Assembly (NCBI RefSeq): GCF_006345805.1
Contig: NW_021825083.1
Location: 1 to 20,651, forward strand
Source: Octopus sinensis
Lineage: Eukaryota
Direction: 5' to 3'
DNA length: 20,651 nucleotides
The notes under the pieces: generated by a model
The model's input: only the letters and a program-made list of their open reading frames with translations
Told to the model about the DNA's origin: nothing
Database searches by the model: none
Made by a program: the position numbers and the translations under genes
Shown here: piece by piece, positions 10,053 through 19,812 of the stretch
How the letters are laid out: the number at the start of each line of letters is the position of its first letter
Numbering within the stretch: position 1 is the first letter of the stretch

Positions 10053-10601
10053 AGAAAGAGTGCACAGGGACACAGGCATTTGTATATCACCTGTGTTCGG
10101 TCTGTTTACTTCGTATTCGTTCCTGAAAACTATACATAAGAGAACTACGATTTACCTTGCCTAACTGAAGTAATACTCTTCAAAAGATCAGCTAACGATA
10201 TATACAACTGTAATTTGTGGATATAAGGAAAGCTTCCGTATTCCTAGCAAGGCACGATTAGGTGATTTAATTTGGTTTTCCCCTTTCTCGCTCTTTAATA
10301 ACATAGTCAGGGAGAATAACATGGTACTTAGATACGCAACTTTGCGATAATGACTTCATTTGTGTGTAAACACCGCTATCTTGTTTTTGAGTGTTACATG
10401 TAACGTTAGAAAACAGACGAATGAAAAATTCCTGACTTGACAGCGCCTTCACTCAATAAAGCTCATGTGTGTGTGTATGTGTGTGCTTGTGTGTGTGTGT
10501 GTGCATGTATGTGAGTGTGTTGTTGTGTTTGTGTATACTGCCAACATCGCTAATGAAGCCACCATTTTTTAAAAAATCTCTTTATGTCAATATTATTTTT
10601 T

Positions 10602-10830
10602 CATCAAGAGCATCTTGTGACAAAGAGAAAGCATTTCTCTTTTTTTATGTTGCTGAAAACGTGTATTTTGAAAGTATTTTTGTTCGATTTCTCTATGTCA
10701 GGAGGGCGTATCTTTTTGCAGTCGCCGAAGACGACATTATTTGCAAATATCCGAAGACAAAACCAAAATATTAAAATACGTTTTTGTAAAAATTTTTGTG
10801 AAAATAAACTCACTCAATAAACTTACTCAA
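10602..10830 (+). pseudogene. Possible highly decayed hAT (Buster/Charlie-type) transposase remnant
   Basis: HQEHLVTK (10602-10625) resembles the CxxHxxxL motif region. KIFVKINSLNKLTQ (10789-10830) resembles DIFxKLNxLNxxLQG. The two are in different frames and the RW motif between them is missing. Confidence 0.3.
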
Positions 10831-10979
10831 GATTTCTTGGTTTATAAAACCGAAATGAAAGAAGAAACTTCATTTTCTTTGGTAAGGACAAAATTATTTT
10901 CACCTAAACCCTATGAAGTATCAAGAACAGCCAACAAACAATTCAGCAGTGAATAACAACAACATCGTTTCTTTCGAAT

Positions 10980-11187
10980 TTTGGTGCAAGACCCGAAATT
11001 TCAAGGGAGGAGACTTGTCGATTACATCGAAGCCTCAATGCTCAGTTAATACTTAATACTTATTATCAACTGAGAAAAGATGAAAGGCAAAGTCCGACAT
11101 CAGCAGGATTTCAACACAGAATATAAAGAGCGGTCAGAAATACTACTAAGCATTTTGTCCGGCGCGCAAACGATTCTCCCTGCTCGT
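10980..11187 (-). mobile_element. Old, diverged family B SINE
   Basis: GTCGATTACATCGA...GATGAAAGGCAAAGTC...AAGCATTTTGTCCGGCGCGC matches family B; a further tail fragment lies at ~11204-11275. Confidence 0.75.
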
Positions 11188-11374
11188 TACTTTTTTTAAA
11201 TTTTGGCACAAGGCCAGCAATTTTGATGGGAGGGGTATGTCGATTACATTGGCTCCAGTACTTGAATGGTAACTTATGATGAATGCCAATTTCTTGCTTT
11301 TCTTTTTGTGTGTGTATGTTCATCGAACAAACAAGTCGATTAATTACTATCTTGTATCAAATAGGTATGTATCT

Positions 11375-11762
11375 TTTATCTTTTACTTGCTTCAGTCATC
11401 AGACTGCGGCCATACTGGGGCACTATCTTGAAGAATTTTAGTCGAACCAATCAATTCCAGTACTTATGATTTTTTCATAAGGCCATATACTTATTCTATC
11501 GGTCACTTTTGCTGAACGGCTAATTTATCGGGACGTAAACACACTAACACCGTTGATGACAGAAAGGGAGGCAAACATCGACACATAGCCACACACACAC
11601 ACACATACACGTACGAAGACTTCCTTCAGTTTCCGTTTATCAAATCCACTCACAAGGCTTGGTCAACCCGAGGCTATAGTAGAAGACACTTGCCCAAGGT
11701 GTCACGCAGTGGGATTGAATCTGCAACCATGTGGTTGGGAAGCAAGCGTCTCACCACACAGT
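11375..11762 (-). mobile_element. SINE family A, older and more diverged copy
   Basis: Reverse complement of family A with many substitutions. Confidence 0.85.
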
Positions 11763-11772
11763 AGTGTATGTT

Positions 11773-11773
11773 G

Positions 11774-11830
<57 letters not shown>

Positions 11831-11851
11831 ATATATGTATATATTATATAA

Positions 11852-11895
<44 letters not shown>
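11773..11895. repeat. (TA)n tract between two head-to-head family A SINEs
   Basis: Read directly from the sequence. Confidence 0.95.
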
Positions 11896-11897
<2 letters not shown>

Positions 11898-12307
11898 CGT
11901 AGCAGTGGCTGTGTGGTAAGTAGCTTGCTTACGAACCACATGGCTCAGGTTCAGTCCCACTGCGTGACACCTTGGGCAAGTGTCTTCTACTATAGCCTCG
12001 GGCCGACCAGAGCCTTGTGAGTGGATTTGGTAGACGGAAACTGAAAGAAGCCTGTCGTATATATGTGTATATATATGTATGTGTGTGTATATATTTGTGT
12101 GTTTGTGTTTGTACCCCCCCCCCCAACATCACTTGACAACCGATGCTGATGTGTTTACGTCCCCGTAACTTAGCGGTTCGGTAAAAGAGAACGATAGAAT
12201 AAGTACTAGGCTTACAAAGAATAAGTCCTGGGGTCGATTTGCTCGACTAAAGGCGGTGCTCCAGCATGGCCCCAGTCACATGACTGAAACTAGTAAAAGA
12301 TTAAAAG
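11896..12307 (+). mobile_element. SINE family A
   Basis: A box TGGCTGTGTGG, B box GGTTCAGTCC and CORE-like CACCTTGGGCAAGTGTCTT; flanked by TA repeats on both sides. Confidence 0.92.
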
Positions 12308-12309
12308 TG

Positions 12310-12351
<42 letters not shown>

Positions 12352-12774
12352 CGTGTGTGTGTGTATATAAATTAAATTAGAGATAAAAACCACTATTAAG
12401 CAGATCAAACAGCGAAAAACATAAACCAAAACCAAAATTATAATTAATATAATATACAAAATATATAAAATATAAAATTTAAAATTTAAATTATTTAAAT
12501 TTAAAATTTAAATTATTTAAATTTAAAATTTTTTATTTATATTTATAAATTTTGATATTTTAAAAATATTTTTAAAATTTCAAATTAATAAATTTTTTTA
12601 ACTTTTAAACTTTTTTTTATATAAATATATATAACTATCAAAAAGTATTAAAAAGTTTAATATAAGTTAATAAGTATATATATATGGGGGTGTGTATTGT
12701 TTTTTTTTTACTTGTTTTGAGTATAAGAGTGAAGCTATGTTGGGTCACCCCCTTGATGGGTTTAGTGAAACAAA

Positions 12775-13248
12775 TTGACCTCGAAAGGATGAAAGGCAAA
12801 GTCGACCTCGGTAGAATTTGAACTCAGAACATAAAGACAGACGAAATACCTATTTCTTTAAACATAGAGAAGACAAACAAGGACAGACAAACGGATTAAG
12901 TCGATTATATCGACCCCAGTGCGTATCTGGTACTTATTTAATCGACTCCGAAAGGATGAAGGGCAAAGTCTACCTCGGCGGAATTTAAACTCAGAACGTA
13001 GCGGCAGATGAAATACGTATTTCTTTACTGCCCACAAGGGGCTAAACACAGAGAGGGCAAACAAGGACAGACAAACAGATTAAGTCGATTATATCGACCC
13101 CTGTGCGTAACTGGTACTTAATTTATCAACCCCGAAAGGATGAAAGGCAAAGTCGACCACGGCGGAAGTTGAACTCAGAACGTAACAGCAGACGAAATAC
13201 GGCTACGCATTTCGCCCGGCGTGCTAACGATTCTGCCGGCTCGCCGCC
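12775..13248 (-). mobile_element. Family B SINE trimer (full monomer + two truncated units)
   Basis: Monomer 13018-13248, unit 12851-13017 and partial unit 12775-12850. Junctions read AAAGAAATA|(C/G)GTATTTC on the minus strand. Confidence 0.88.
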
Positions 13249-13571
13249 ATTTTTATAAATGAATATTATTAGGAATTGTATAAACAAAATCGTTAAAATA
13301 TTTTGTGTTGTAGAAGTACAACCAAGTTATTGCACATAAATTTTAACGACAAAACCCTAAGGAGCCCTAAGGGTCATACGGACTCTAGTTGTGGACCACT
13401 GCTGTAACGGTAGAGCGTCAGATGAATGTATTTAAGCATATAGGCTGTCTCCTTGTGTTTTCAGTTCAAATCATACCAAGGTCAGCTTCGTGTTTCAGTC
13501 TTTTTAGGTTGGTAAACAAAGTACTAATCAATGTTATTGTGAAGGTGCATGACCTAGTGGCTGAGGTATTG

Positions 13572-13650
13572 ACTTCACGATCTTGGTTTCACTTCACGAT
13601 CTTGGTTTCACTTCACGATCTTGGTTTCACTTCACGATCTTGGTTTCACT
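13572..13650. repeat. Perfect 19-bp minisatellite, 4 copies, inside a decayed tRNA-SINE head
   Basis: ACTTCACGATCTTGGTTTC at 13572, 13591, 13610 and 13629. The flanks CATGACCTAGTGG and CCCAGAC resemble the group C head. Confidence 0.92.
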
Positions 13651-13759
13651 CCCAGACTAGTGTAACGTATTCTTGCGTAAAAAAAAACTGCTTTTCAAGT
13701 TACTCCATTAAACTGTAAATGTGTTCCAGCAAGGGGCGGGAAATCAATCCTTCGACGAA

Positions 13760-13836
13760 CGGACGACCCGTTGAAGGGTGGAGAATGTTGTTAATCACAT
13801 ACACGCCATGGAAACCGTGTGAAGCTCCGGCTTTAT
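13760..13836 (+). mobile_element. Diverged tail-type-1 SINE/LINE 3' fragment
   Basis: CGACGAACGGACGACCCGTT and CACATACACGCCATGGAAACCG...TTATGAGC resemble tail 1. Confidence 0.45.
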
Positions 13837-14142
13837 GAGCTTGAGGGATCAGGACAGACTAAAACCGTGCAACTAGCCGCGGAATCACTAGAGCACCGGA
13901 CCTTTCAGTGTTTGTTCCGGCCCTTTATGTTCTGATTTCATATCCCACCGGGTGGCAAACTTGATCCTGTTTTTTTTCGCTGACTTTTTAAAAGTCTGCT
14001 CTGTTGCAAGCATTTGGGCCAAGTCCCAACTTAGAGATAATTTCCTCCCTCCCTCCTTTTGTCCCACCAGTTTTTGAAGCCGTAAAAGTGTCATGGGCAA
14101 TGCCTTTCTCTCCTGATAAAGAAGTGACCATGTAGTGGCTCT

Positions 14143-14476
14143 GTGGAGGCGCAATGGCCTAGTGGTTAGGGCAGCGGTCTCGCGGTCGGAGGATCGCAGT
14201 TTCGATTCCCAGACCGGGCGTTGTGTGTGTTTATTGAGCGAAAGCAGCTAAAAGCTCCACGTGGCTCCGGCAGGGGCTGGTGGCGACCCCTGTTGTACTC
14301 TTTCGCCACAACTTTTTCTAACTCTCTCTTCCTGTTTCTTGAGTAACGCTGCGATGGACTGGCGTCCCGTCCAGCTAGGCGGGGTGGGGGGCACACATAC
14401 GCCACAGAAACCGGGAAATCGGGCCCATGGGTCTGGCTAGGCTCGAAAAGGGGGACGTTTATCGTTTTTTTTTATA
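14143..14476 (+). mobile_element. tRNA-derived SINE group C: head + middle Y + tail type 1
   Basis: A box TGGCCTAGTGG, B box GTTTCGATTCC; 10-bp TSD TAGTGGCTCT at 14133-14142 and 14477-14486. Confidence 0.9.
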
Positions 14477-14620
14477 TAGTGGCTCTATCATCAGGTCTGT
14501 GTTTAGTCGATCGGCGGTCCTGTTTCGAATTGTGGCTGGACTAATTCAGTTTCACTTCTACTTTTTTATTGAGAGTCTATTGAAAATTCATCGTATACAA
14601 TTCTTTCACTTCATCAAAAT

Positions 14621-14656
14621 GTGACCCCTTATCTTTAAGTGACCCCTTATCTTTAA
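14621..14656. repeat. Exact 18-bp tandem duplication
   Basis: GTGACCCCTTATCTTTAA twice. Confidence 0.9.
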
Positions 14657-14978
14657 ATAAGGACTTGTCCCTATATAACATTCCAAAATAACACACGGAA
14701 GATGACGGGCAAGTGACAGGAAAACCAATCATCGTCATTTCTGAAAGTTATTTCACGGCGTACATGGTGGATCCTCCGTCAGTTTCGACGATGACTATTC
14801 AATTGCTCAACCCGCTGCATTCCTTTTCGTGAAATTAACGTGTAAGGGGCTGAGTTTTCCAGAGATATGTGCAACCTAACGTAATTCTCACACCGAATCA
14901 GCTTGGAACAATATAATAAAACGGCAGTTGATTTACAAATAGACTTCAAAGAGAAAGATCAAAGAATTTTACCTCATA

Positions 14979-15384
14979 GGCGTAGGAGTGGCTGTGTGGT
15001 AAGTAGCTTGCTTACGAAGCACATGGTTCCGGGTTCAGTCCCACTGCGTGGCACCTTGGGCAAGTGTCTTCTACTATAGCATCTGGCCGACCAAAGCCTT
15101 GTGAGTGGATTTGGTAGACGGAAACTGAAAGAAGCCCGTCGTATATATGTGTATATATGTGTGTGTATGTTTGTGCGTTGTGTTTGTCCCCCCCCCAACA
15201 TCGCTTGACAACCGATGCTGGTGTGTTTATGTCCCCGTAACTTAGCGGTTCATCAAAAGAGACTGATAGAATAAGTACTAGGCTTACAAAGAATAAGTCC
15301 CGGGGTCGATTTGCTCGACTAGAATGCGGTGCTCCAGCATGGCCGCAGTCAAATGACTGAAAGAAGTAAAAGAGTAAAAGAGAG
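14979..15384 (+). mobile_element. SINE family A, full length
   Basis: Starts GGCGTAGGAGTGGCTGTGTGG and ends with (GTAAAAGA)n. Confidence 0.92.
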
Positions 15385-15710
15385 AGTATACTGGACTGGT
15401 GCCTTATTATTTATCAACCACGATGAACAGTAAGATCGATGTCGGCTGGATTTGAATTCAAGGCATAGAGAACCTAAACTGAATACCACTACAGAGTATA
15501 CAGCTAGTCCTAACCATTCCGATAAGTCATTGTGTTTCTAAATACCCGTTATATGACGCACATTTCTTCCTCAAAATGCGCCATAAAACCAGACTGCGTC
15601 CGTTTACGGCTTACGTTATAAGCAAATAGGGACTAAGGAAAAAGCTTGTTAAAATTGAAAGCGCGTTTAAAATTGTCATGCTCTTTACAAGCCATGATAT
15701 ACAGTATATA

Positions 15711-15890
15711 TACCTACATACATACATACATACATACATACATACATACATACAAACAAAGATACATACATACATACATACATATATACAAACATACATC
15801 CATACATACAAACATACATACATACAAACATACATACATGCATACATACATACATACATACATACATACATACATACATACATACATACA
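15711..15890. repeat. (TACA)n tetranucleotide array
   Basis: Read directly from the sequence. Confidence 0.95.
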
Positions 15891-16183
15891 AAGATATATA
15901 TCTAGATCGAAGACCACGATTAATGCTTTTATTCTTTAAAATTCAAATATTCTTCTATGTTTGCCAAAGTAGGTAATTCATTATTGCAAGCAGCAGTCGG
16001 TAAAGTATGTAATTGTGTTGTTAAGATCACAGATGTTGAATATATCGCTAATAACAATTTCAATTATGTAAATAGTTTGAATTATGTAAATACAATTTTC
16101 CTTATCTAGGACTGAAAATACTCATGAATTATGGGGGAGGAAACAGAAAGTTGAGTGTGTAATGATTTTCAGATATAAAGGCT

Positions 16184-16189
<6 letters not shown>

Positions 16190-16227
<38 letters not shown>

Positions 16228-16356
16228 ATACATATATATATATATAGGTATATATATATATATATTCATATATGTATGTATCTGGATACACATATATATG
16301 TATGTATTTATTTGTTCATATGCGTATTTTTGTATATATATACATACACACACACA

Positions 16357-16392
<36 letters not shown>

Positions 16393-16541
16393 TATCTATA
16401 TATATAATATATATGTATGTATGATGTATGTATGTGTGTGTGTATGTATATATATATACAAAAATACGCATATGACAAATATATATACATACATATATAT
16501 GTGTATACAGATACATACATATATGAATATATATCTATTAC

Positions 16542-16574
<33 letters not shown>

Positions 16575-16604
16575 CACATAAACATATATGTTATATATAC
16601 CATT

Positions 16605-16656
<52 letters not shown>

Positions 16657-16724
16657 GTAGGTATATATATATATGGATATATATGTATATATATGTATAT
16701 ATATATATATAGATATATATATAT

Positions 16725-16767
<43 letters not shown>

Positions 16768-16770
16768 ATA
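16190..16770. repeat. TA-rich array containing a long palindrome (arms 16264-~16395 and ~16397-16528)
   Basis: The unique tags TGCGTATTTTTG (16321) / CAAAAATACGCA (16459) and ATTCATATATGTATGTATCTG / CAGATACATACATATATGAAT are reverse complements. Confidence 0.9.
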
Positions 16771-17427
16771 GGATGTATTCATGCATATTTACATATGTGT
16801 ATTCTCTTAGATCTCTTTTATTCTTTTTGCAAAACCCTCAAAAGGTTCTGTCGATTATGTGAACCCCAGTACTTAGTTCAATCTGGCACTAATTTTATCG
16901 ACTTCGTAATAGAAGAATGGTGAAGTAGATCGCGACATGTTACAAGGTATTTTTTGTTCAATGCATCGATTTTGTTGCTTTAAATGCCAGCCGACACAGA
17001 ACATACATTTAGGGATTACTTACAATGTTGTTAATCCCCATATGTGTTTTTCTCCAGTTTTTCTTTGTTTTTCATTGTTAAATGCAAAGTTATATTGCTT
17101 TGCAATCGTAACATATATAAAGCGCGTACCAGAAGATAAAGAACAAAACAAGAATGACAGAATAAAAAAAATAACATATTCCCTAAACGTAGCATACACA
17201 GTCATGTAGATACTGGATCATATGGACTCTGAAATGAAAACCAGTCAGAAAAAAAGCCCGCAGACGTAGCGGGAAATAATAGCACCATTTTTAGGGATTT
17301 ATTGAGGTGAAAAATAAAATTGATAAAACAAATTTGTTCATCAGGCAAGCAGCATACACATTCAATTAGAGATATTAGATCACATACCGTCAGTTTGGAC
17401 TCCCAAAATGAGAAGACTTAACGGGAT

Positions 17428-17541
17428 CACAAGCCTGCTAAAGTAGTAGAAAATAAAGATAGCACATTCGTTTGGACATTTGCAGTTCAAACAGGTCGAG
17501 ATATTCAGGCCAAAAGACCAGATATTGTGGTAAAGGATCAC
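17428..17541 (+). pseudogene. Fragment of the restriction-like endonuclease domain of an R4/Dong-type non-LTR retrotransposon
   Basis: Translates HKPAKVVENKDSTFVWTFAVQTGRDIQAKRPDIVVKDH, matching the family pattern HxPxxVxENxxxxIxWDFxIQTDRxIxAxRPDIVV. Stop and frameshift lie upstream, and a TA repeat truncates it downstream. Confidence 0.8.
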
Positions 17542-17681
17542 ATTGATATAATATACTAAATTATATATATATATATATGTATTGGTAAAAACGGTAAGAT
17601 AACAAAAGAAAGAAAGAGACCTCAATATTATGTAAATAGAGGAAATTTATCTGTAAATTAATATGTGATAATTATTCAGTA

Positions 17682-17751
17682 GCCAAGATAAAACTCTGAG
17701 TTTCGGATGCCGAAGTGGAAATCCACAACACCATCTCTTCGGTTATCTGGC
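17682..17751 (-). ncRNA. Type I hammerhead-ribozyme-like motif, U4C core variant
   Basis: Stem I GCCAGAUAA/UUAUCU(U)GGC, core CCGAAGA, imperfect stem II, GAAA, palindromic stem III ACUC-A-GAGU, and a GUU site. Confidence 0.45.
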
Positions 17752-17923
17752 CAGATTATATCGATTATATCGACCCCAGCACTCAACTGGTACTTAGTTT
17801 TTCCACCCCGAAAGGTTGAAATGCAAAGTCGACATCGGTGGAATTTGAACTCAGAACGTAATGACGTACAAAATACTGCTAAGCATTCCCCCGTCGTCCT
17901 AACGATTCTGCCAGCTCACCACC
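17750..17923 (-). mobile_element. Family B SINE, diverged
   Basis: TCGATTATATCGACCCCAG...GCAAAGTCGACATCGGTGGAATTTGAACTCAGAACG...CTGCCAGCTCACCACC. Confidence 0.85.
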
Positions 17924-17936
17924 TTACATAATACTT

Positions 17937-18045
17937 ATAATAATAATAATAATAAATTTAATAATAATATAATAATAATATATAATAATAATAATAATAA
18001 TAATAACAATAATAATAATAATAATTAATAATAATAATAATAATG
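17937..18045. repeat. (AAT)n microsatellite
   Basis: Read directly from the sequence. Confidence 0.9.
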
Positions 18046-18345
18046 ATCTTATTCGATAAGAACTGATATAGATGTAGTTTGGTTGGTTGGATGTTTCTCC
18101 AGTCGCTCTTTACATAGAATAGAGAGAGGGGTGAAAGAGAAGGCGAGTAAAAGAGAGACAGAGAGAAAAAATAAGAGGTGGAGAACAAGTGCGCATACTA
18201 GGCTTAGTGGTAGGTTATGAGTTAATGAACATTATCTACATACACGGAGTGAAAAGGAAAGGATAGAGGATGCGGAAGAGAGGAAGTTAATGAGAATATA
18301 GTAAAAATAATTTTAGATTGACAATTGATTTTAAATTTCCCTTTC

Positions 18346-18480
18346 GCTCAACTGGTATTTGATCGATCTCGAAAGAATGAAAAGCAAAGCAGACTCGGTG
18401 GAAATTGAACTCGGAATGTAAAGACAGACGAAATACCGCTAAACACTTTGTCCGATGCGCTAACTCTTTGCCAGCTCACC
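18346..18480 (-). mobile_element. Family B SINE 5' part, diverged; tail fragment at ~18545-18592
   Basis: GAAAGAATGAAAAGCAAAG...GACAGACGAAATACCGCTAA...TGCCAGCTCACC. Confidence 0.75.
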
Positions 18481-18623
18481 AATAACAACAATAGCAATCA
18501 TCATCATCATCATCATCAACTACATAATAATAATAACTTATTTCGATATTGGCTACAAGGGGCTAAACATAGACGGAACAAACAAGGACAGTAATAATAA
18601 TAATAATGATCCTTTCTAATACC

Positions 18624-18713
18624 TGAAATAAATGGCTTGCTCAAGAACACAACACGCAGCCCGGGCCGTGAATCGTAAGTTCGACGCTCTAACCACTGAG
18701 CCATGCGCCTTCA
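18624..18713 (-). mobile_element. Group C SINE head + start of CORE-like middle (fragment)
   Basis: TTGCTCAAGAACACAACACGCAGCC...CTCTAACCACTGAGCCATGCGCC, homologous to 20040-20144. Confidence 0.8.
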
Positions 18714-18761
18714 CAAACACACGCATAAATATATACTCACATATAAATACCTATACAAACA

Positions 18762-19547
18762 GCTACTACATATGTGGGAAATTCTCTCTGTGGATGTGTC
18801 TGTGGAGCTGTTAGCTAACTCTTCCTATATCATTTTATCGATTATGATGAAACTTGACATGTGAGTAGAACTCATGTCTGGAAACCTCATGGCATACTCA
18901 GATTGTTGAAAAAAAATCGATAAGGCCCCTGGAAGGGATTCTTATATATAGCCAAGGGAAATAACCCATTCATTTCTCTAGATTATTTGATAAAAATGAA
19001 ATTGATTGTACTTATTTCTTAGTATTTGAACTGTTAGAGTTATTTTCGCAATTTATCCAGTATATCCCTTAAACAAGTAAACAGTATTTTTCTAAACAAT
19101 AGATCCACTTATTTTGGTTAGTGACTTATTCACGAATATACCAACACTAGCGCCCCTGAGGGTAATATTCTCTGGAACGCACAAAAGTCCTTTTCAGAGT
19201 TATTTACTTTGGATTGTTATTATCTCATATTTGATTAGCCTGTTATTACGTAACATGTTTCACGATTTTAGTATACATACTTTATGTTCTATATACACTG
19301 GGAACGCATTGAAGCCCTTTTCGGGACTGCTTTATTTGAATTCCTACTATTGAGTGACTAATTTCATATTATTACATAACTAACTTCACAATTTAGGTAT
19401 TCATAACTTATTGGGAATTCCTAAAAGCAAAATCGTTTTAAGGGCTACATACTGTGTACTGTGGTTATTGGATTAGCGAAACAATTATGAGAATGGAACC
19501 AAGGGATAAGCCCCGCTTTCCCGGGATTTGCCGGGTACGTCAGCTAG
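18762..19547 (+). mobile_element. Probable non-autonomous Helitron
   Basis: The 3' end has the GC hairpin CCCGG-GATTTG-CCGGG (19520-19535), then CTAG (19544-19547) followed by T, which is the classic terminus. The 5' boundary is approximate; it rests on recalled resemblance to non-autonomous Helitron starts, and no intact TC is seen. Confidence 0.6.
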
Positions 19548-19630
19548 TATATACGTATGCACATATGTACATGTATACATACGCACACACACACACACAC
19601 ACGCACTCACATGCACACACATATATATAC

Positions 19631-19812
19631 AGGGGGAGAATTCACACACACAAAAAAATAAAAGACGAAGACAGGTGGTGTAGATAACAAACAGATGTAT
19701 TAGTTTAACGTACGGGAAGTGAAGAAGTCTTTAACGTTTCGAGCCTACGCTCTTCTACAGAAAGAAACATAGAAAGAAACAAGGAGAGAAAATAAAGAAT
19801 GTGTAGTGGCTA
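19631..19812 (-). mobile_element. Penelope-like element terminal (pLTR-type) fragment
   Basis: Contains a minimal hammerhead of the kind associated with Penelope-like elements. The boundaries are approximate. Confidence 0.55.
19728..19765 (-). ncRNA. Minimal type I hammerhead-ribozyme-like motif, A6U core + extra A
   Basis: The minus strand reads UCUUU CUGUAGA A GAGC GUAG GCUC GAAA CG UU AAAGA: 5-bp stem I, 4-bp stem II with tetraloop, and palindromic stem III ACGU. Confidence 0.65.

Noticed and set aside
13354-13374. Telomere-like ACCCTAAGG...CCTAAGGGT inverted pair
   Set aside because: Only 9 bp with a mismatch; not an array.
13572-13650. CRISPR-like repeat
   Set aside because: The units are contiguous with no spacers, and the context is eukaryotic.
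14143-14220. Functional tRNA genes in SINE heads
   Set aside because: A and B boxes are present, but the acceptor stems and cloverleaf are broken and the heads continue into SINE bodies with TSDs.
14690-14940. Possible diverged copy of another octopus interspersed repeat
   Set aside because: It rests on vague recall only; there is no second copy, TSD or terminus in the window to support it.
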